From assembly GCA_022813865.1 (NCBI GenBank), contig JALDZX010000058.1:107413-127412 (forward strand): DNA of 20,000 nt, in the 5' to 3' direction. The notes beneath the pieces are model-generated. The model was not told the DNA's origin. It saw only the letters and a program-made list of their open reading frames with translations, and ran no database searches. The translations under genes and the position numbers were made by a program. Source of the DNA: Xylographa opegraphella. Its lineage: Eukaryota. This document shows positions 11,686 to 20,000 of the stretch, in pieces (position 1 is the stretch's first letter; every line of letters starts with the position of its first letter).

Positions 11686-11953
11686 GTTGTGCTCAATTGA
11701 CCTTAAATGCCAGGTTGAGATTTAATGGCGAAAGCTGCACGATAGAGCCAGTCACGTGAACCTGTTCCCAAATCTAGTACTTCAGGAAGGCTTTGACGCG
11801 CAGCGAATTCCTCGGCTAACCCTCGCGCACGCCCGTAATTGCCCTGTTGTACCACGTGTCAACTGTTTTGTCACTATTCCCTGGGTGACCCCCGCTCCTC
11901 ATATTCCAACTAGTTGTTTTACTACGAATATTAATGGATATCTTTTAACGTAT

Positions 11954-12098
11954 TGTTAGAATTGGAGTCTATAAGCTCGAGTCCCCGAAGGGGGCCCCGG
12001 GGGCGGAGTATGGCTACCTGGGGATAAAAGTCTTTGAAAAATGGGCGAAAACCCTGCGAGCCTTCTTTGTTTTTTTTTTTTTTCTTTCGAACCTTCTC
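11954..12098. mobile_element. LTR-like repeat fragment, family X, copy 1 (interrupted at 12098)
   Basis: Begins TGTTAGAATTGGAG, has a GC-rich core CTCGAGTCCCCGAAGGGGG, then CCCTGCG and a poly-T tract. It is homologous in the same orientation to 19823-20000. The TG start suggests an LTR terminus, but the other end was not found. Confidence 0.6.
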
Positions 12099-12196
12099 TG
12101 TTACGTTCGACACAGGACGCTGGCCTGTACGCATCGCTTGGCAATGCTTGGCAATTGCTTGGCGAACCCAGCCCCTTTATATAATGGTCTTCGGGC

Positions 12197-12522
12197 TGAT
12201 AAGGTTCTGACCAATGTTGTGTGAAACAAGGGTCGGTGAAACCTTATTCTGGTTGCCTCCTTTGTCTTAATGGCCTCCCTTGGGAGGCATGGGAGGCATT
12301 TTAGAACAGGATTTTTATATAAAGTGGAGAATTTCCTTTATTGTAAAAGGCGTGTTCAATTTATATTATGATTTTAAATTAATAGGCTTTAATACAATAT
12401 TGTACGAAAATTATTACTCTTGAAAAACAATCAGTTTACCATTATATATTTTTATTTATTTATTAACGAATTCAATTTAAATTATTAATCGAATTATATT
12501 AATAAAAATTAAAATCGTAACA
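12197..12522 (+). repeat. 5' LTR of element Z (326 bp)
   Basis: TGATAAGG...ATCGTAACA, with TATATAAA at 12316-12323. Aligns with 18185-18734, mostly by transitions. Confidence 0.93.
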
Positions 12523-12543
12523 CTTTAAACATTTTTAAAACAA

Positions 12544-15500
12544 ATGTATCAGGAGTACGACCAAACTCAATTTCAAGCGTCGCAAAAAATAATAAATAAA
12601 TACTATAAAAATTAATCGTATCAAGGTAAAAAAACCCGATAAATATAAAGAAAATAGAAATCACCTAAAGAACTGATTTATACAAATAAATACATTTTTC
12701 GAGTTTTAAAGTAATGGTGTTTTAAAATTAAAAAAATCACTTTTCGTTATTATATATATATACGAGAACAAGCTTAGAAATAGATCGCTTTTTATTTTAA
12801 AAAATATCTCGAGGATTTTAACGACAAAAACTTTAAGTAGTTAAAAAACTTTGCGACATTTAAAATCGAAATCAAAAGAATTTTCGAATTATTAAATAAA
12901 AAAATAGCAATACGAATCATATAGCATTTTAGATAAATTTTTATTATATAAAATACTCGACTCGATTTTAACAGTTTGCGACTCAAATTAAATAAAACAA
13001 CGGCGTTTTAATAATAATATACCGCAAGGGATTTAAAGACTCGATAAAAAATAAATGAATAGAAACTAATGCCGTAATCGAAAGTATAAATCAAATAATC
13101 GAGATATACATAAAAATTAATAATAAACTGTACGAAAAAGTTATAAAACGTAAACACGAAATTAAAAATACAACAAAAATTAATTATTAAAAAACGATTT
13201 TAAAGCAAAAAAAATAATATAAAACGCCAAACTTTTATCGACCAATACCAATAAAAATAAATATATTTTAAAAGTAAAAGCAGGGATTTGAAAAACAGCA
13301 CTCACAAGGAAAAAAACAAAGATTATCTATTACGTATATAAATAAATCGGCCACATTACTAAAATTATCGATCAAAGAACAAAATACTTAAATTATAAAT
13401 AAATATATATTTAAAATATTCGATAAAGTCGAAATTTAAAAAAAATAACCGGCTATTTTGATACAAGGAAAAGAATACAAAATTTACCTTAATTTTAAAC
13501 AATCAGGTCAGTATCAGCAAAAAACACGAAAAAGTTTAAAAAACCAATATTTAGCACAGAAAAAACAGCCCTTAAATAAAAATTAATGATAACGAAAAAA
13601 GCAATTTAAATATTAATAATTTACAAATCGAGGAAGATTTTGAGAAACAGAATATTGAGCTAAACAATCTCGAAAATTAAATTTATAAAAAAATTAACAA
13701 GTTAATAACCGATAAAAACTAAAAAAATAAATATATAAAAACATCGAGTAAATTCGAAATATTTATATTATAATCGAATATGTCATAATATTTATACAAA
13801 CACGTACTGCAAGGTTTATTAAAAAGATTATGATTACAATAATTATATAAGAAGAATTTATTGTAGTATTTAAATTTAAAATAAATACTTTAAAAATAAA
13901 TGCCCGTGACACTTTCGAGAAAAACGAAAATATTTATACTTTTTAAAATATATATAAGAATTTTGCAATAATTTTATTGTATACGAAACTCGCTTAAAAA
14001 ACGACTACGGATATTCGTTATAGCAATAGTATTTTTATAAAGAATATATAATATATATAAAAATTAAAGAAATCCACGGCTACCTCGAACAGAAATTTTT
14101 TTTATATGTTATAGGAAAATATATAAAAATTAATATACTATACTTTAAAATATACTAAAAAAATCAGACTGTATAAATTTTATAAAGATTTTAATTAAAA
14201 TAACCGATCACCGAACAACCGTATTATTAAATATTAAAATTAATTCGAATTATATATTTAGCACTTTCGCGAAAAGCTGCGATTTCAAGTTTTTAATTTT
14301 AAAATAAATTTAAATAATAATGGCCGACGAATTATTAAGAAAAAAAGAAAAACGATATGCAAAATCACTTTTTATTGCGATTCATTAATATTATAAATAA
14401 ATAATTTTTAATATAATTATTATGGTAAAATATTATATTATTCTAGGTTTATTTTAATAAATTAAGCACAACGTGTTTTTAAACTGGGACAGAAAAGTAT
14501 TTATTAAAAAGTATATCAACTGCGTTATTAATATATATTTTATACATCGACAGAGAACGGTAGTAAATAAAGAAAAGAATCGAAAATCGATCAAGATTAT
14601 AAAATTTTTATTTTTAAATAAAATTGATCTTACTCGAGGATTCGACTCGATACGCATTAATAAAAGTTAGCAGAACAAAATAAGTTAAAATTTAAAAAAA
14701 ACCAATGCACCTTTTAATATTCCTAAAAAGCATAAAGTATAAACATGGTTTTTTTATGGAAAAAAAGGGCTTAATACTTTATTTAAATACCAACCTTGAA
14801 ACTGTAAAATCAACTTCGAATCAGGGAAAAAACTAACATTTAAATCTATATACGATATGTTAAAGAAAGAACTTCAAGAGTTTCGTAAATATATTAATAA
14901 AAATTTAAAAAAAGGATTTATACGTAAATCAAAATTTTCGACAGAATATTTCGTAATATTAATACCTAAAAAAACGAAAGTTTGAGACCTTGTATTTATT
15001 ATCGAAAGTTGAACGATGTTATTATTAAAAATCGATATTCTTTACCGAAAATTAACGAGATACGGGACAGATTTAGCAAAATAATATTTTTATTAAATTT
15101 AACCTTAAAGGCGTATACAATTTAATTAGAATAAAAAAAGACGAAAAATGAAAAACTGCATTTCGAAATAAGTATAAATACTACGAGTATCAAATAATGC
15201 CCTTTAAATTAATTAATATATTAACTACTTATTAAGTATTAATTAATAATATATTAAAAACACACTTGAATTTAACGATAATAGTCTATTTAAACGATGT
15301 ATTTATTTACTCAAAATTAATAAAGAAATATATAAAGTATGTATTAAAAATATTTATACATCTAGGAAAAACAAGATTGCTTTTTAAATTAAAAAAATAT
15401 AAATTCCGTAAAAATGAAGTAATTTTTCTAGAATTTATAATTAGTAAAAACGGAATTAAAATAAACTCGAAAAAATACGAATTATACTCGAATAGTTTTA

Positions 15501-17640
15501 ATTAATAACAGTAAAAAAAATTCTAAAATTTGCAAACTTTAATAAAACTTTTATTAAAAAATTACTTAAAAAAGGCGATACCTTTAACGAATTTGGTATA
15601 TAAAAATGTAAACATTAAATAGAATTCGAATCAACAACGAGCCTTTAATATTTTTAAAAAAAATTGTACAAAACTACCAGTTTTAATAATATTCCAGGTA
15701 AAAAAATTTAGAAAAATCAAAATAAACGTATTAAACTTAGCCGTAAAAGCATGTCTGCTATAAATATAAATTAAAAAAATGACACCTTATTGCATATTAT
15801 TTAAAAATAATATTACAAGCAGTGTAAAACTATAATATTTACGACAAGGAATTACTCGTTATAATAGTATTTATTTAAAACTGAAGAGTATATATAGAAA
15901 ATTGCTTAAAACTTATTATTTATATAAATTACAAAAATATATTAAGCTTTACGACAATAAAAGTATTTAATAAAAGATAAGTAAAATAGACAGAACTTTT
16001 AAAATTGTATAAATTTAAAATTGTATATATATCAGGCAAAGATAATAAAAGAGCAGATATATTTAGTAGAAAAAAAACCTTATAAATAAAGAACTAATAA
16101 ACGAAGTATTGCTGAAATAAAATAACAATAAAGCTTTTATTTTTATAAAATAAATCGTAGCTTTCGAACTAAAAACGATTACAAAAAATCTAACAGAACT
16201 GTTAACAGAAGAAATAATTAAATATTATTACGATGAATTAACGAATGGCCACCCAGAAATTATTAAAATAATAAAATTCATAAGAAAAAACTATAAATTT
16301 TCGAATATAAAAAAGCATGTAAAGGAATATATCAAAAAATATATATTGTGTCAAAAAAATAAATCAACAAGATATACAGTATATAAAAATTTTCAATTTT
16401 CAAACGTTTTAGAAAAATTATGGGAACAAATCTTAATTGACTTTATTATTAAATAATTGAAATTAAAAGATTTAACTACAGAATTAAAGTACGATCCGAT
16501 AATGATATTTATAAATAAATTTATTAAATACTCCATTATCGTATCTTTTAAAAAAACATTTAAAGCGGAACAACTAGCTTTTCTTTTATTAAATAAATTA
16601 ATAAAAATTCATAGGTTTTCAGCAGGAATAATATTTAATAAAAACAAACTATTTATATCGATTTCTGGAAAACTTTAATGTTTGAACTAGAAGTTAAATT
16701 AAAAATATTGATCGTTTATGTTAATTGGTAGAAGCATCACTTGCTGGTAGGCATAAAGGAATACCTGAAGGCTAGTTATATTTATGTATAGCGTAGTTCA
16801 GTACTAGCGTAGGAGGTATATGTCACGTTCTCGTGGCCTATACCGAACTTCACCGAATATACGATTACTGTTGCCCCCGCCCTGATCCAAATACACGTGC
16901 CTTTTAATAATTTATTATTTATAAACAGATAATCAAACGAAAGGAATAAATTAAAGTTTGAAAGTGTATTTACGATACTTTATTAATTTCAAATAAAATA
17001 ATGGAATATTATTATTGCCTTTGGGGCAATTAGCACTAAACGACAAACAATTTACAATAACGAAAATATCGCTTTTTTCGCAAATACAGAACGATATTCG
17101 AAATTTTTTAAAAATAAAAAATTTAAACCTAATACTAATAAGATAATAACATTAATCAATGAATTAAAGAATACGCACGAAGCGTTATTAAAAAATCGAA
17201 TAAAATAACGATAAAAAGCTGCTGTAAAATATAAAAATACGACAAATAAACCTTAGCTAAAGAAAGGGAATAAAATATTTTTTAACAAATAATTTAATAA
17301 TTAATAAAAATCGAAGCAAAAAACTCGATTATATCAAGGTCGGATTATTTTTAATCAAGCAAGTCAAAGAATTAATCAACTACCTTCTCAATCTGCTAAA
17401 AAAAATGCGAGAGTACACTCAGTGTTTTATATTTTATTATTAAAATTAGCAGACATAAGTATTTTATTATAAAAAACCTTTCGTTACAACAAAAAAACAT
17501 AGGAATTCGAAGTAAAAAGAATCCTGGACAAGCAAAATCAGAACTATTTGGTCAAGTAAAAGGGATACCCAGAATTAAATAATACTTGGGAACCACTTAC
17601 TAACCTTGGGAACTGCCAGGAATTTCTTTAATAATATTAC
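12544..17640 (+). pseudogene. Degenerate gag-pol of the chromovirus
   Basis: Gag from ATG 12544 (KVKKPDKYKENRNHLKN*FIQ..., YIREQA*K*I). CCHC knuckle remnant ~13325-13375. Protease remnant TVLLNIKINSNYI ~14215-14260. RT YRKLNDVIIKNRYSLP, *KTAFR and VYLNDVFIYS ~15000-15310. RNase H NYNIYDKELLVI ~15830-15865. Integrase GHPEIIK..CQKNK, WEQILIDFI and TDNQTKGIN ~16200-16950. Chromodomain EFEVKRILDKQNQNYLVK*KGYPELNNTWEPLTNL ~17503-17610. Many stops derive from TGG/CAA/CAG codons, plus frameshifts. Confidence 0.93.
16719..16909. mobile_element. Solo LTR (191 bp) inserted in the integrase
   Basis: TGTTAA...TTAATA (TTAACA with one transition), TSD GTTTA (16714-16718) / ATTTA (16910-16914). GC-richer than its flanks. 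Removing it restores the (S)TAYHPQTDGQTE-like frame. Confidence 0.88.
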
Positions 17641-17744
17641 CAAGTAAAGTCAAAATCTCAAAAAAAGAAACTTTCAAAGTCCCAGAAAAAAAAAGGGAGA
17701 AAAAGTTTGAAAAAAATCGTTGGTAAAATTTTTCGCCTCTCAAA

Positions 17745-18128
17745 GTTTATTGTTTTTTAGGGCTTCGATGTTAAATATTTTACGCTAAAATATTTCCCGT
17801 TCCTCATTTTTATTATTTAAAAATCGACGCTTTTTACGGCTTAAAGCTTGTAAAACCTGATTTAAAGTTTATTTTAATTTCACTATTCGACGTTTTATTT
17901 TATTTTTTGTTTTTTTAAATCACGACGATCAACCTTTATAATAATCAAAAAATAACGAGTTTTGACCGCAATATGGTTTACGCAAAACTTCGACTCCGAA
18001 GAGATCGTATAAATTAAATACTTTTTAATACAGCGAACACAAAAATGCATCGTGAACTTTCCTTTATCACGAATACTGTACGATTAAACCTTTCGGCGAT
18101 AAACGCTTGTTAATTTATATTTTGGCAT
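17745..18128 (-). pseudogene. Antisense extra ORF of element Z: Zn2Cys6-like cluster plus coiled coil, RIP-degraded
   Basis: ATG at 18128: MPKYKLTSVYRRKV*SYSIRDKGKFTMHFCVRCIKKYLIYTISSESKFCVNHIAVKTRYFL..., then after an A-run frameshift KRRIVKLK*TLNQVLQALSRKKRRFLNNKNEEREIF*RKIFNIEALK. The 3' end is approximate. Confidence 0.65.
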
Positions 18129-18184
18129 AATATAAAAAAACTGCTGGAATTCTTTCGGAGTAAAAATCTGGCGGAAAAAGTTGG

Positions 18185-18734
18185 TAATAAAATTCTGACC
18201 AATGTTGTATAAAACAAGGATTGGTAAAATTTTATTTCAATTGCCTTCTTTGCCTCTGTGACGGCTATGACATCAGTCACAGGTAATAGGGGTCGGGCTG
18301 GATCAGGACTAGCACCTTTAGTATATANTCTCGCCCATGGAGCAGCCTCACCGCTTCTCCATCTTAATCTAGGTTGAAATCGTCCACCTAAAGCTTACGT
18401 TCTAGGCGTGCTTGTGTGGTGAGTTGATGAGCCGTAACAGCCTCCCTGAGAAAATATAAAAAACATGACCTCTTTATTTTAATGGCCTCCCTTGGGAGGC
18501 ATAAAAGGCATTTTAAAATAGAATTTTTATATAAAATAAAGAATTTCCTTTATTGTAAAAAATATGTTCAATTTATGTTATAATTTTAACTTAATAGACT
18601 TCAATACAATACTGTACGAAAATTATTATTTTTGGAAAACGATTAATTTGTTACTATACCTTTTTATTTATTTATTAACGAATTCAATTCAGATCCTTAA
18701 TCGAATTATATTAATGAGAAACAAGATCGTAACA
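18185..18734 (+). repeat. 3' LTR of element Z (contains a nested solo LTR)
   Basis: TAATAAAA (TGATAAGG after RIP)...GATCGTAACA. It has ~36 bp at 18445-18480 that the 5' LTR lacks. Confidence 0.93.
18257..18439. mobile_element. Solo LTR (183 bp) inserted in the 3' LTR of element Z
   Basis: TGTGACGGCT...AGCCGTAACA (9/10 inverted match), perfect TSD GCCTC (18252-18256 and 18440-18444), absent from the 5' LTR, balanced GC. Contains one N at 18328. Confidence 0.92.
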
Positions 18735-18812
18735 CGGGCTTTCACAATAAATTATTTTTTATATTTTTAATATAATGAATATAATAGCAATATTTGATTA
18801 TTAATTATAATA

Positions 18813-19822
18813 ATATCAGAAATTTCGCGAATTCGTCAAATTTTTAATTATTAAATTTAACTTTTCGAGTTATAATTATTTACGCGATAATTTAATATTA
18901 ATTTTATAATTTAATATTTTTTTCGTAGCAAATATTAATAGCAAAAGTTATTAAAAAAATTTACAAAATTATCACGAGTTTTGAATTTTGAATTTTGATT
19001 TGATTTGTACTTTCCTGTTTTTACTCTGTTTGCACATTTTAGCGAGTTATTATATAATTAAACCTTTTTTCATAATTAAAATTCAGTTTTTTCATATTAT
19101 GATAAATTATAAATTTTGTAGTCGTGCGTTTATCTTATAAATAATAATATTATCGAGGTTATTTAATCATTCGAAACGCCAGAAATAGTTTATTTATTTT
19201 ATTAATTAAGAAATTTAATTTTTCAGCGAATGATTATTTTATAAATTAAATTTAATACCATTTCGCAAAATCTTTAACTATTCTTTATTTTATTTTATAA
19301 ATATAAAAAAAAATTTAAATTAATATATTTGTTATTTCTTAAATCGTGTATTACAAAAAATTGTATCGTTATAAATAACGTAGTTTTTTTATTTTTTCGA
19401 AAAAAACCTTTAATTTATATCACTTAAAAAAATTTAGTAAATTTTTTTAAAATTTTTTTGATTTATATTACTAAAAGAAATTTAGTAAATTTTTTTTATT
19501 TATCGTAATTTTTTCGATTGGAAATGCTATAATAATTCGAGTTTACTTTCGTTTTAAAAATTTTATCGAATTCGGTTTTAATTCGGTCAATAAGTTGTTT
19601 CGTTTTTTAAAAATTTCGTTAGATTAATTATAATTAATAACGTTAAATTTAGATATTTTTTATTTTAATTATTTCGAATTAATTAATTGTATCGATTTAT
19701 TTTAAGCAATACGAGCAAGATCTTTAAATTTTTTAATTTAACATTAAAATTAAACAGTCGACAAAATAATTTTTAAATTTAACGTAAAATTTTTATCGAA
19801 GTCGTTTTTTATTTATTATTAA
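18813..19822. mobile_element. Heavily RIP-mutated repeat-derived sequence, family unassigned
   Basis: Extreme AT richness with surviving C mostly in CpG. T-rich on + (A-rich on -), opposite to element Z. No domain recognised. Confidence 0.55.
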
Positions 19823-20000
19823 TATTGGAATGGGAGTTCATAAACTCGAGTCCCCGAGGGGCGCCCCCGAAGAAGGCTTTTAAGGCGAGTATAATTACTC
19901 GAGAATAATTTCTTTTAAAAAATATGCGAAGGCCCTGCGTTTTATTTTTATTTTTATTTTTATTTTTATTTTTATTTTTATTTTTATTTTTATTTTTATT
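19823..20000. mobile_element. LTR-like repeat, family X, copy 2, running off the window into a (TTTTTA)n tract
   Basis: TATTGGAATGGGAGTTCATAAACTCGAGTCCCCGAGGGG...CCCTGCG followed by (TTTTTA)n from ~19940. Homologous to 11954-12085 with transitions, some transversions and an indel. Confidence 0.6.

Larger units (their letters stand above)
12197..18734 (+). mobile_element. Full-length, RIP-inactivated Ty3/Gypsy chromovirus LTR retrotransposon (element Z)
   Basis: Paired LTRs, perfect 5-bp TSD CGGGC (12192-12196 and 18735-18739), domain order gag-PR-RT-RH-INT-chromo, and a purine-rich PPT candidate GGCGGAAAAAG at 18170-18180. Confidence 0.95.
12099..18812. mobile_element. Short LTR, family Y (~171 bp), split by the chromovirus into 12099-12196 and 18740-~18812
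   Basis: Starts TGTTACG and contains 3x GCTTGGC and TATATAA (12178-12184). It is cut at the CGGGC TSD. The candidate end TATAATA (18806-18812) equals CGTAACA after three transitions. The flanks TTCTC and ATATC do not match, so the right end is tentative. Confidence 0.55.

Noticed and set aside
12101..12112. TTAC-N7-A motif resembling a Starship target site
   Set aside because: It is part of the TGTTACG LTR start. No DUF3435 tyrosine recombinase or cargo is visible.
12099..12522. TGTTACG...CGTAACA as the 5' LTR of the chromovirus
   Set aside because: The ends are perfectly inverted, but 12099-12196 has no counterpart in the 3' LTR and gives no TSD. Starting at 12197 gives the CGGGC TSD.
12792..18770. 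Short I/K/N/F-rich ORFs as genes, or the block as mitochondrial DNA or a NUMT
   Set aside because: They are RIP-degraded pol fragments or chance ORFs. LTRs, TSD and retroviral domain order explain the AT richness.
18811..18821. TAATATCAGAA as a RIPed tRNA-Met PBS (TGGTATCAGAG)
   Set aside because: It needs three transitions, overlaps the proposed LTR end, and such a match is weak in AT-rich DNA.

Overview
Filamentous ascomycete (Pezizomycotina) nuclear DNA with two sharply different halves. Bases 1-11,700 are gene-dense, of balanced GC content, with GT-AG introns. They carry the last exon of a SelT/SelW/SelH (Rdx)-type protein, a heterotrimeric G-protein gamma subunit (missed by the ORF track), eIF3a/TIF32, a 415-aa hypothetical protein, NatB catalytic subunit NAT3, a ~680-aa low-complexity hypothetical protein and mitochondrial ATP synthase delta (ATP16). 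From ~11,950 to the end is an extremely AT-rich, RIP-mutated nest of LTR retroelements. Its centre is a complete but dead Ty3/Gypsy chromovirus (12197-18734, CGGGC target-site duplication). This element sits inside another LTR, which itself interrupts a third LTR-like repeat, and it carries two TSD-flanked solo LTRs. The most notable signals are in the chromovirus: an antisense ORF between the chromodomain and the 3' LTR whose de-RIPed sequence fits Zn(II)2Cys6 spacing plus a coiled coil, a Tf1-like self-priming PBS, and a GC palindrome in both LTRs that escaped RIP. All calls were made by eye; no database searches were run.
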